A stretch of DNA of 64,000 nt, from the NCBI GenBank assembly GCA_965197475.1, contig CBDANF010000003.1, positions 1,216,001-1,280,000 of the forward strand, in the 5' to 3' direction. This DNA is from Candidatus Poribacteria bacterium. GTDB taxonomy: Bacteria; Poribacteria; WGA-4E; WGA-3G. A program made the translations under genes and the position numbers. The notes below the pieces were generated by a model that did no database searches, was not told the DNA's origin, and saw only the letters and a program-made list of their open reading frames with translations. The stretch's first letter is position 1. Every line of letters starts with the position of its first letter. Below, one piece after another: positions 27,211-37,123 of this stretch.

Positions 27211-28944
27211 ATGGAAAAAGACGATGTTGAACTGATTCGCAGCATCTTGTCTGGTGACGATACGGCTTTCAGTGATTTGGTCCAAAAATACCAAAAGAGT
27301 GTTCACGCACTTGCATGGCGGAAAATAGGGGATTTTCAGGTCGCCGAAGAAATCAGCCAAGATACCTTCCTCCAGGCATACAAGAAACTCGCCACACTCA
27401 AGAATCCGAAACAGTTTGCCGGATGGCTTTATGTAATCGCCAGCAATCTTTGCCGTGACTGGCACAGAAGGAAGAAACCAACTATGCAATCGTTAGATGC
27501 CACCAACACAAGAACCTTGGAGAAAACCGCTTTTGAACGTTATGTAGCAGAACAACGTGAGAAGGCGGCAGCTGAACATCGCCGCGAACTTGTTAAAAAC
27601 CTTCTCGAAAAATTACCTGAGAGCGAACGCACGGTGGTGACGCTCCACTACCTCGGTGAAATGACATCCGAGGCGATTAGTAAATTTTTAGGTGTGTCTG
27701 TAAATACGATTAAGAGTCGGCTAAGACGGGCACGTAAACGTTTGAAGGAGGAAGAACCGATGATCCGTGAAACCCTTGGGAGCGTACAACTTCCTGCAAA
27801 CTTTACCCAGAACATCATGAAGCAAGTTGCAAACATTAAACCGACATCCCCTACAAGTGGCAAACCGTTGATACCGTGGATAGCTTTGGGTTCAGCAGCA
27901 ATTTTAGTTATTTTGTTGATGGGGGCAAGCAACCAATACCTCACCCGTTTTCAGAAGCCTTACAGTTTAGAGACACAATCGGAAACCAGTATTGAAATCG
28001 TTGATGCACCAATTATTCTTGATATCCAGTCAAAACCTGATACACGCCATCGGATCGGAGATGCTGTTGAAAATAAAAATAACGGTGCTGGTCAACAAGA
28101 ATCCAACGCGGCTTTAGCAGCAGATGTCCAAGACGATTCATCCAGGGTTTCTGTCCTACCACACCAATGGACACAGTCAACAGGGCCACAAGGCGGGAAT
28201 GTGCATGAGATATTTCTAACATCTGAAGGATCACTCTACGCTGTGTCGCCGACAGGTATCTACAAAATGACAGAAGATGCAAGCAGATGGGTATTAATCA
28301 ACAATACTGTGCCGACTGAAAATTATTCTGAAATGCCGATGGCGGAACAGGATGGCACCCTCTACCTCGTATCCACCGATCAAATCTTTGCTTCAACCGA
28401 TGCAGGCGTAACATGGAATTCCTTTAGTTTACGTCCAAGAGGAACTGCTATTGACCTGCTGATAACTGACGAAGCGTTTTACCTTGTAATAAACGATGAA
28501 ATTTTCAGATCTACCGATGCCGGTAAAAAGTGGACCGCTTTTAACGAAGGATTGGAAGATAAAAAAATTTCTGCTGCGGTTGCTATCGGAAATACTATAT
28601 TTGTTGGAACAAATCGAGGTCTCTACCGTTTCAAATCAGATAACTGGAAACAGTTGTCAGTGGGTACGTTCAGGACAATCAACTCGTTGGCGGTCTCTGA
28701 AAACACGCTCTATGTTGGAATGTTCCCTGATGATTCTACATTGACATCCGCAGAGAGGCGGACAAAGTTGATAAGAGAGATGATACGGAATGAAAATTCT
28801 AACCGATGGGAGATTTTCCGATCAGACGACTTAGGAGATTCATGGATTAAAATAACACCTAAAAATGAATTTTTTACTGAGAAGACAGCTACGGATACAA
28901 GGGTTTTAGTTGCTGGTAAGGCAATATTACTAATCGGAATTTGA
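27211..28944 (+). CDS. ECF sigma-70 factor fused to a TM helix and BNR-type beta-propeller, probably C-terminally truncated
   Basis: sigma2 (QDTFLQAY..FAGWLY), sigma4 (LGVSVNTIKSRL), TM LIPWIALGSAAILVILL, and SxDxGxxW repeats. Confidence 0.82.
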   Translation: MEKDDVELIRSILSGDDTAFSDLVQKYQKSVHALAWRKIGDFQVAEEISQDTFLQAYKKLATLKNPKQFAGWLYVIASNLCRDWHRRKKPTMQSLDATNTRTLEKTAFERYVAEQREKAAAEHRRELVKNLLEKLPESERTVVTLHYLGEMTSEAISKFLGVSVNTIKSRLRRARKRLKEEEPMIRETLGSVQLPANFTQNIMKQVANIKPTSPTSGKPLIPWIALGSAAILVILLMGASNQYLTRFQKPYSLETQSETSIEIVDAPIILDIQSKPDTRHRIGDAVENKNNGAGQQESNAALAADVQDDSSRVSVLPHQWTQSTGPQGGNVHEIFLTSEGSLYAVSPTGIYKMTEDASRWVLINNTVPTENYSEMPMAEQDGTLYLVSTDQIFASTDAGVTWNSFSLRPRGTAIDLLITDEAFYLVINDEIFRSTDAGKKWTAFNEGLEDKKISAAVAIGNTIFVGTNRGLYRFKSDNWKQLSVGTFRTINSLAVSENTLYVGMFPDDSTLTSAERRTKLIREMIRNENSNRWEIFRSDDLGDSWIKITPKNEFFTEKTATDTRVLVAGKAILLIGI

Positions 28945-28950
28945 AAACGG

Positions 28951-29217
28951 ATGTTATCTTGCTGCAACGCTTACCTACCTCAGTTGAAGCAGCGTGATTC
29001 AGCTGGGTTAGCACTTTTTGATACAGACATCACTGAATATTCCGCCGAGGGCGCAGCAACACACCTGCGTATGATTATGTCTGCACTTGAAAATCTGAAT
29101 CAGTTTATTCAGAATTACCGTCGCGGGTGTGGTGCAATCCAGATTGACTATGTGCAGATGGATACTGCTACCCCGTTTGACTATGCATTGTCGGCGTATC
29201 TTTTCCGACGCAAGTAA
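28951..29217 (+). pseudogene. DUF58-like protein fragment
   Basis: QRDSAGLALFD...YRRGC..IDYVQMDTATPFDYALSAYL; N-terminus and middle are missing. Confidence 0.55.
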
Positions 29218-29285
29218 ATATCGTGACCGATTATCCCAACGTTTTCAAATGTGTAAACCTATAACAAGATTTTACGTTTTACCAT

Positions 29286-29406
29286 CAGAACTTACGCACA
29301 AACGGTAGGCACGCTTTGTAAGCGCGCTGGAAACTCAAAATTCTGCTAAAAATTACACTATTTTCGTCATATTTATTGAAAAATCGTGAAAATTGCGTAA
29401 GTCCTA
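29286..29406. mobile_element. Degenerate 121-bp MITE with ends related to the 13557 element
   Basis: Ends CAGAACTTACGCA / TGCGTAAGTCCTA with a different interior; no clean TSD. Confidence 0.6.
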
Positions 29407-29429
29407 AAAATATAAAAATAGGAGAACCC

Positions 29430-30230
29430 ATGAAAAAATTAATGTTTTCACACTTAAAAGTCGGCATCTTCATCGCCCTTTTCCTCGTGTTGACTCAACC
29501 CTGTCTTGCAGGTACATGGCGCGATGATTTTGAAGATAACAACATCAGCGAATGGATGATCTTTAGCATTAAAAAGATTCAATTAAACCCTGGAAAGCCC
29601 AATGGAAGGTGGTGGATTAGCAATGGCGAAATTGTCGGAGAAATTTTCAATCGTGCTAATGCTGACACATGGTTCAGCTTGTTTCTAACGGGTGAACCGA
29701 CATGGGAACATTACTCAATATCTTGCCGTGCTAAACTGGTTAAGGGCGAGAATGTACATGGAAATCCGCCACTCATCGGACTCACACTTCACGATACAGC
29801 TGAAACAGATAATGGAGATGAGAAAAATAAAGACCTTCGTTATATGTTCGTACTTGATTATTTTAACAAGAGAGTTCAATTTATTCAAGCAGCTGGGATA
29901 AATGAGATTTGGGTGGCATGGGGAGCTTTCAAGTTTATGGCAGAAGAGGATACCTGGTATAACCTGACTGCTACCATTCATAAGGATGGAAGTGTACAAT
30001 TCCATATTAATAACCAGGAAATTTTTTTATTCAAAAATTTTTTATTGGAGAATGTCGATATCTCTACACGGAACGGTTATGCCGGACTAGTTGTCTCAAA
30101 TGCGAGAGCAAGGTTTGATGATATTGAAATTACTGGCGAGAATATCCGCAATGGCGGTCCAGGAAAATCATTCCAGGTTGTGCCCAAGGGTAAACTCGCT
30201 ACTACTTGGAGTAAACTTAAAATCAAGTGA
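29430..30230 (+). CDS. Secreted beta-sandwich (ConA/DUF1080-like) protein
   Basis: Signal peptide, GTWRDDFED, FDDIEI; tail VVPKGKLATTWSKLK. Confidence 0.75.
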   Translation: MKKLMFSHLKVGIFIALFLVLTQPCLAGTWRDDFEDNNISEWMIFSIKKIQLNPGKPNGRWWISNGEIVGEIFNRANADTWFSLFLTGEPTWEHYSISCRAKLVKGENVHGNPPLIGLTLHDTAETDNGDEKNKDLRYMFVLDYFNKRVQFIQAAGINEIWVAWGAFKFMAEEDTWYNLTATIHKDGSVQFHINNQEIFLFKNFLLENVDISTRNGYAGLVVSNARARFDDIEITGENIRNGGPGKSFQVVPKGKLATTWSKLKIK

Positions 30231-30323
30231 AATTTACATCAACGAATTTCACGTTGTAACCTAAATATAGCACCGGACTGGGTTTTACAGAACTCATTAC
30301 AATCTTAATATAGGAGAAAAATC

Positions 30324-31094
30324 ATGAATAAATCAATGTTTTCATATTTAATCGCCGGAATTATCACAACCCTTTTCCTTGTGTTGACTCAACCCTGTCT
30401 TGCAGGTACATGGCGCGATGATTTTGAGGATGATAGCACTCGCGAATGGAAGGTTTATGATATTGCATTATTCTGGCACGATCCCAACCTAAAGATTTCA
30501 AAATGGCAGATTGACGATAACCAAGTTGTCGGAGAAATCTTCGGCGAGGGTGTAGCGAGTCTATGGTTAACCGGCGAACCGACGTGGCGAAACTACTCAA
30601 TATCTTGTCGCGCAAAACTCGTTGGCGGAGATAACCTACCTAGTATAGCATTTGGACTAGTACTTCACGCAAGGGTTGACCGAGAAGTCTTACATCAGCA
30701 TACCTTCATTGTTGAAACTCTTTCCAACACAGCCAGAATTAATAAATTGATGGGGGAACCTTTTGAAGATTGGTCTGAGAAAGAGTTCCCATTTGTTGTA
30801 GAAGTAGATACTTGGTATTTACTTTCCGCTACCGTTCACGATAGCGGAAAACTCACGTTCCGGATTAAAAACCTGGACCCCGATTTTGATGGTGACGAAG
30901 AAGTGTTCACTACAACTTTCGCTAAACCGACAGAAGGAGGGTTAGCCGGACTCTATGTTGCGGGAGCGCGAGCTCAGTTTGATGATGTCGAAATTAAAGG
31001 AAGTAATATCCCTAATCACGGTTCAAGAGAATCGTTCTCTGTAGAACCACGAGGCAAACTTGCGACTACTTGGGGTGAACTTAAGAGCAAGTGA
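30324..31094 (+). CDS. Secreted beta-sandwich protein, tandem paralog of the upstream gene
   Basis: Same N-terminus, FDDVEI; tail VEPRGKLATTWGELK. Confidence 0.75.
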   Translation: MNKSMFSYLIAGIITTLFLVLTQPCLAGTWRDDFEDDSTREWKVYDIALFWHDPNLKISKWQIDDNQVVGEIFGEGVASLWLTGEPTWRNYSISCRAKLVGGDNLPSIAFGLVLHARVDREVLHQHTFIVETLSNTARINKLMGEPFEDWSEKEFPFVVEVDTWYLLSATVHDSGKLTFRIKNLDPDFDGDEEVFTTTFAKPTEGGLAGLYVAGARAQFDDVEIKGSNIPNHGSRESFSVEPRGKLATTWGELKSK

Positions 31095-31339
31095 ACCCGA
31101 AAGCAACTAGTGGATTATCCATTCTAAAATTGTGAGGCGCCAAAGTAATCGGGAATCGGGGTTCCCTCCTACAAAGAGGATTATTCTGTAGGAGCGATCT
31201 CCGAATCGCGACATTTACCTATAAAATATGAATGGACAGACCACTAGTGCTATATCCATCTAAATTTTCGGTGCAGGAGTCGCGACCAGCCAATCAACAT
31301 CGAATTCGCTGCATTCGGCGGGTCGCTCCTACGATTTAT

Positions 31340-32957
31340 GAGATAGACTGTAATAAGGTAAATATGATGGTGAAAAATCTAATGCCGCAAGCAGGGGAAA
31401 CAGAGTTGCTCGCGAAAATTTTGGCGAATGCCTTCGGAGCAGGTTTTGAGAGTTATCAGAATTGGAAGAGATCGGGCTTGATTTAAACAAAGATTTTGCT
31501 ATATTCTTTTCCAGTTTGAAACCGATGCAGGTTTCCGCAATTGTCCATCTAACAGACCCTGAAGTAATAAAACAGGTAATTGCTGCTGAAGCCGAAGGGA
31601 GTGCCGCCACAGAATATAAAGGCATAACCTATTGGAGAGTTCTGCCGAAGGTGGCGGCAACTTTGCTATATTGGAGAATACCCTCATCTTCTCACAACAG
31701 TCTGAAGTCTGCCAAAAGGTGATTGATACTCATAACGGGACGACACAAGCGATCACGCATAACCCAGATGACGGCATGTTCCGATCCGAAATTTTGAATG
31801 GGACCGATCAGTTGGGGGTTTACTTCAATGTTGAAGCTCTCACTACTAAGCACGGTGATTCACTAAAGGAAGAATTGGAATCAATGACAGAGAATCTTGA
31901 TGGCGAGGACGATCCATTATCTGTGGAAACATCGTCGATTTTAAAAAATGCGTTTAACTCGTGGGCAAAACTGATTGAACAGGTACAATTTGCGAGCGCA
32001 ACGTTACGTGTACGGGAAACGGATGTACAGCTCAAACCTTTCTTGAAATTCAAAACCGATAGCGAATTCATGAAAGATTTCAAAAAGGTTTCAAATAAAT
32101 TACCAGACATAGGAGAACTTCCAAATCTTAGCATTATGAATGGTGCTTTTCAAGGTGTTCCAAAACTGTTAGTTGAAGTCAGCACTTTCTGGTTTGACAT
32201 CTTTCCAAAAGATACACCCGAACAGCAAAAACAGGCGCACCTACTTTTCCAAGAGGCGAAAGCTTTTTATGAATCCTTGGCGGACCGGTGGAGTTTCTCT
32301 ATGAATTTTGAGGACTCTATTTTACCTAACTATCTGTTTATCTTTGAATTGAAAGATCAACAAAACACAAAAACTTTTATGGATGGACATTTTCTGGAAA
32401 AACTCCATGACCATTATCAAGCTTATGCATGTAAATCTATAATACACAACGGCGTTGAGATAAAAAGTTACGTCTTTCCCAATTTCAAAGAGGTTTTTGT
32501 AAATAAGTCTCCTGAAGCTTCAGAGTTAGTGCCTCATGAATGGTATTGGTATTACGCGTTTACAGATGGGCAGCTCTTCTGGGCAACAGGGACCAGTCCA
32601 GATTCAATTAAAATGGCATTGGATAGGAAAGCGGGAATGGGTGATAAGTTTGCCAGCAATCCGAGTTATCAAAAACTTGTTGAAAGTTTGCAGACAGACA
32701 ATAACGTCCTTCTTGCGTTTTCCCCAATTATCGCAATTAAAACCTTTATGCCGTTATTGAGAAAGACAGATCCAAATAGCACAATATCAACGCAAATATT
32801 ATTGGGCATGTTCACGAATCTTCCAGATAGCTATAGCGTCGGTCTTTCTGCCAAAGTTCAGAACAACGGAATTGATTCGAACATATTTCTTGCCCTCGGT
32901 GATTTCAAGCAGCTTATTCAGATGTTCGGAATGCTATTTGGCACAGGGCAGATGTAA
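31340..32957 (+). pseudogene. Hypothetical protein, 5' region broken across frames
   Basis: A 441-aa ORF is preceded by coding-like segments in other frames (31232-31486, 31462-31722). The start boundary is approximate. Confidence 0.55.
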
Positions 32958-33156
32958 TAGGTTGTATGATTCTTGTGAATACGTTCACACGTTTTTATAC
33001 AGTTCAGAATTCAATGCCAGCGTCTCGGTCATTGATCGTGACGCTGATTTATTTTGGGATTAAAGTGTAAATTGAATACTTGAGACGTTTACAATAATGA
33101 TTGCAATCTGTTTCAAAAAATGCTACGATAGGACAAAAATTATAAAGGGACATCAA

Positions 33157-33975
33157 ATGAAAAAACCTATTTTTCTAATTCTTATCGGTATAGGGGTTTT
33201 GCTGCTTGTTGGTGGAATAGTGTTTGTAGTACCTTGGTTCGTTAATGTATTTCAAGAGATGGAACAGATGGGTGCGCAACAAGCAGAGTACAAACGCGCG
33301 TTAAGGCAATATGCAAACGAACCGCTAACTGAAGAACAGCAAAAACTTCTGTCTCAACTTCTTGAAGTAACTGGAGAAATTCTTGATCCTCAAAGTCCAG
33401 AGGGTTTAGAAGTTATTTTGTCGACTGAACCGTACCTCGCTTATATCAAAACACAAGATGGGCAAGACTATGTGGATTTTCCGAGTTATATCGCCGCAAT
33501 GCCGACACCGAACCATAGAACCGTTGTTCTGTCAAGGCTTAAGGATTTTTTGGGAACAGAGATAGAAGCGGCAGAACAAGAAATCTGGATTAACTTTTAT
33601 TACATAATTCGGGATTGGAGCAAGACAGGGAAAGACGTACTTGCTAACAGGAAGGAGTTTAACGAACTGCTACAACAGCACTTGATTAAACCCTTAATGA
33701 ATGAGGTGTCGGGAACAGAAGGGTTAACCAGTCAAATTTTAAAGATGGGGATGGTTTCTGCATCTATGACAGAGGACAATGAAGTGTTTCATAGTGCATG
33801 GCACGCACGTTTGAAAAGTCACGGAACACAAGAAGGATATTTGCGATGTGCCATTGCAACCCCAGCTGAATTTGCCTTGATGCGTTCATTTTTTGAGGAT
33901 GCTGCTGCATTTGAAACGTGGATTACAGAACCGTTTGAAGTAGAGGAAGAGACTGAAGGACAGGAAAATGAGTAG
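33157..33975 (+). CDS. Hypothetical membrane-anchored protein
   Basis: N-terminal hydrophobic helix; AAAGGGA RBS. Confidence 0.7.
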   Translation: MKKPIFLILIGIGVLLLVGGIVFVVPWFVNVFQEMEQMGAQQAEYKRALRQYANEPLTEEQQKLLSQLLEVTGEILDPQSPEGLEVILSTEPYLAYIKTQDGQDYVDFPSYIAAMPTPNHRTVVLSRLKDFLGTEIEAAEQEIWINFYYIIRDWSKTGKDVLANRKEFNELLQQHLIKPLMNEVSGTEGLTSQILKMGMVSASMTEDNEVFHSAWHARLKSHGTQEGYLRCAIATPAEFALMRSFFEDAAAFETWITEPFEVEEETEGQENE

Positions 33976-34036
33976 AACCGTGTCACCTATTCTATTTCAG
34001 CAGAAAATGATATAGAACGTGCTCCAGCCCATTAAC

Positions 34037-34918
34037 CTATTTTTTCTCTATTTGTTCTGCCAAGATCGCAATCAGCTCTACCAACGTAGGGAATTGGTCT
34101 CGCGCCTCAGGTGATAGGTCTGCAAGATGTGTCTCACTAACAAGTCGATATATATCCGCTGCACCTATCAAGATATTTGGTGTCAATCCGACGTGTGCAA
34201 AAGTGGCTGAAATTTCTTCCATTTCACCTATCCAACGTTTCGCTTTCGGTGGCATGCTGGGTAATCCTCTTTCCATTCGTTCATAAAGTGCAGCCTGACT
34301 CAATTGAAACTCCGCAGCGAGCGCATCTGAAACACCTAACACCGATGCTGCCATGAGCAATTCGGTGCAAAGTGCAGTTAACCCTTTTGTCAAAGAAGCG
34401 TAACACATCTTTATTGAAGAAGCGAGTCCAATCTCATCACCGAGTGTGCGTACATCTAACCCATAATGATTCATCTCACAGAACGTATCAAGGTTCGGTC
34501 CCGAAGCATAAAAGCGGGTTGCATTCGGTCTGCGTGGTGGTGGCCCGATGATAGACACATCAACGAATATTCCCCCTGCCGATGAAATTATATCTCCTAA
34601 TTTGCGAACCGTTTGTGGTGCGATCGCATTGCAGTCGGCATAAGTCAAGTTCGTTTCAACCTGCTGCAGCGCATCAGCAACTGCTGTCGCTGCCGACATC
34701 GCTTGAGCTGGCACCATGATTGAGAGGATAAGGTCTGCTTCAGTGACGAGCTGAGAATACGTTGGTACATCCACAATACCCGCTTTTTGTGCTAGCTCAC
34801 GAGTACGTTGGCTTCTACTCTCAAGACAGGTAATTACGCGTAAACCGTTTTGACGGAGGACATCTCCAACGGTGTGCCCCATATCGCCAGGGCTTAAAAT
34901 TCCGATAGTGTTAGGCAT
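34037..34918 (-). CDS. NAD(P)-dependent oxidoreductase (6PGD-like, DUF1932-type C-terminus)
   Basis: Motifs GILSPGDMG, IKMCYASLTKG and RWIGEMEEI. Confidence 0.85.
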   Translation of the reverse strand: MPNTIGILSPGDMGHTVGDVLRQNGLRVITCLESRSQRTRELAQKAGIVDVPTYSQLVTEADLILSIMVPAQAMSAATAVADALQQVETNLTYADCNAIAPQTVRKLGDIISSAGGIFVDVSIIGPPPRRPNATRFYASGPNLDTFCEMNHYGLDVRTLGDEIGLASSIKMCYASLTKGLTALCTELLMAASVLGVSDALAAEFQLSQAALYERMERGLPSMPPKAKRWIGEMEEISATFAHVGLTPNILIGAADIYRLVSETHLADLSPEARDQFPTLVELIAILAEQIEKK

Positions 34919-34968
34919 AAATTCCTCAATTTCGGTATTCGCTTTTCCAACAATATAGGATTGTTCTT

Positions 34969-35850
34969 TTAAATCTGAATGCCTACATCGTTGAGAGCCT
35001 TGAATACTAACACCGCCCCAAGAACAATAACAACCGTAGCACTGATAATCGGTAGACGTTTTAGCCAGATGCCTTCCCCCGTAAATCGTTCAATAAAAGG
35101 TTTTGCCATTACCATTAGGATGCCGATAGCAACCAACACAGCAGCAAGCCCTAAAGAGAAAGCACATAAGATTACTACACCCCATGTAAGTTTATTAATG
35201 CTGATGGCAAATAGAAGTCCAATGAGTGCATCCACACACGGTACGATACCGCCAGAGATGCCGAGCGATAGCAATCCCCAAAAACCGGTCCGCTTTGAAG
35301 GCACATGGCTATACGTGTGCCCACCCCCATGGCTATGTGAATATCCATGGTCATGCGAATGGTCATGTGAATGATCATGTCCGTGGTTGTGCATCTTACC
35401 GCTGTAATACTGCCTCATATTTTTTGCGAGCAACCATCCACCGATACCGACAATCAAGAGACCAGAGATTAGACTCAGCCACAAGACGATATCCTCTTGC
35501 ACAAACCGATCTTTGGCAAACAGCAGGATGATACCGATCATGATGACACTGAAGGTGTGCGTAAAAGTAACAACAAGACCGAGGAAAATTGCGTCAGTTA
35601 TCCTGCCTTTCGTACCGACGAGATACGCTGCAACAACCGCTTTTCCGTGTCCCGGTGTCAAAGCGTGCAAACCACCCAGCACAAATGAAACGACTAAGGC
35701 GATAATTGCTATCTGCAATGTAAGCGGTTGAGTAATCAACTTTTTTATGTGGTCGCCAGAATGTTCATGATTCCCATCAGCAATAGCAAAGGTGCATGCT
35801 ACAATACTGATAAAAATAAAACTGAGAATAAGAAGATGCTGCTTTTTCAA
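34969..35850 (-). CDS. Nickel/cobalt transporter (RcnA/NicO family)
   Basis: Motifs HALTPGHGK and GGIVPC; His-rich loop. Confidence 0.88.
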   Translation of the reverse strand: MKKQHLLILSFIFISIVACTFAIADGNHEHSGDHIKKLITQPLTLQIAIIALVVSFVLGGLHALTPGHGKAVVAAYLVGTKGRITDAIFLGLVVTFTHTFSVIMIGIILLFAKDRFVQEDIVLWLSLISGLLIVGIGGWLLAKNMRQYYSGKMHNHGHDHSHDHSHDHGYSHSHGGGHTYSHVPSKRTGFWGLLSLGISGGIVPCVDALIGLLFAISINKLTWGVVILCAFSLGLAAVLVAIGILMVMAKPFIERFTGEGIWLKRLPIISATVVIVLGAVLVFKALNDVGIQI

Positions 35851-35855
35851 AACTA

Positions 35856-36704
35856 TTAAACCCTCGCAAATTTTTGGAAACGTCTTTCAGCGATAACTTC
35901 ACTGACGTAGATATCTCCTTTTGAATCGATCCAAATACCATGTGGGGAATCGCTAAATTGGCCCGGTGCGGTGCCTTTCTCGCCCCACCTTCCGATTATA
36001 TCGCCCTCAAGTGTCATGATGCAGATGCTTTGCCGTGCTTCGGCAATGTGAATGATATTATCTGAGTCAATGAATAGATCGTTAGGTGAGCGGAGATCCG
36101 TCCACTCGGTGATAAATTCTCCGTCGTTGTTAAAAATTTGACATCGTAAGTTGCCTCGGTCAAGAATATAGATCCGATCATTATGATCTACAGTAACATC
36201 GTGCGGTAGGTTGAATTCTCCCGGACCTGTTCCGGGTGCTCCCCACGAAACAATAACTTTCCCATCAGCAGTCATGCGGTGAACGCGCGATTGTCCGTAT
36301 CCATCTGAAACATACATCTCCCCGGAGGCAGAGAGGATTGCACGGGTCGGTTGATTAAAGGGTGTTCCCGGTGCTCCTGGCTGATTGACGGTGCCAAATG
36401 TCTGTAACAACTCTCCATCAAGCGAGAATTTCCGCACAGTGTGATCAATAGTGTCTGTTGTATAGATTTCATCTTCGGGACTAATCCAGATGCCGTGCGG
36501 TTTTTGGAAAATATCCTTGCCCCACTCTGCAACGAAAGTCCCATCTGCTTCAAATACGAGCATCGCAGGTTGTGGACTGCGATTGTAGACATAGACACGG
36601 TCATTTGAATCACATGCCACACCAGAAACGAGTCCAAGTTGCGGAATCATTCCCCAGCCTTTTACTACCTCATATCGGTAGTCGCCAGTTCCAAAAGTTG
36701 CCAT
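35856..36704 (-). CDS. NHL-repeat protein (PAL-like six-bladed propeller)
   Basis: Motifs YVSDGYG, GPGEFNLPH and PGQFSDSPHGI. Confidence 0.85.
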   Translation of the reverse strand: MATFGTGDYRYEVVKGWGMIPQLGLVSGVACDSNDRVYVYNRSPQPAMLVFEADGTFVAEWGKDIFQKPHGIWISPEDEIYTTDTIDHTVRKFSLDGELLQTFGTVNQPGAPGTPFNQPTRAILSASGEMYVSDGYGQSRVHRMTADGKVIVSWGAPGTGPGEFNLPHDVTVDHNDRIYILDRGNLRCQIFNNDGEFITEWTDLRSPNDLFIDSDNIIHIAEARQSICIMTLEGDIIGRWGEKGTAPGQFSDSPHGIWIDSKGDIYVSEVIAERRFQKFARV

Positions 36705-37123
36705 AGCGTGTCTCCTGTTAGACGCTGATTTATTCTAACCATATCCGTAATTTCTTAATGGTAACGTATAATCATACGTTATTTTTAGTAAAATTGCAAC
36801 TTTTTTCTTTTAAGATTCAATGTACACATAGTTTTATTACATCTAATGGAGATTTTCCTTACCTCCAAGCAAATTTTATGTTAAATTTAAGCAAAAGCAC
36901 ATGAATATAGGCGTATGAATTCAGCCCAATTTTGAAAAGCACAGGAAAATTGAAAGCGTCCTATGGATGTATGGTTTTTAGAGATTGTTTACTTACAAGC
37001 GAATAGGTGGAAATGTGTGAACGATAAAGTGCAACGGAACCGAAATATAAATTATCTGGTGAAAAATCAGTGCCAACTAAACAATATGCTCTCAGTGGGA
37101 GAGGAAATTTAACCTAATCTGAA

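Noticed and set aside
29430-31094. Diversity-generating retroelement template/variable pair
   Set aside because: No reverse transcriptase in the window, the shared block is N-terminal, and two differences cannot show adenine-specific mutagenesis.
35330-35395. Short tandem repeats in the Ni/Co transporter gene
   Set aside because: They encode the ordinary His-rich loop of RcnA/NicO proteins.
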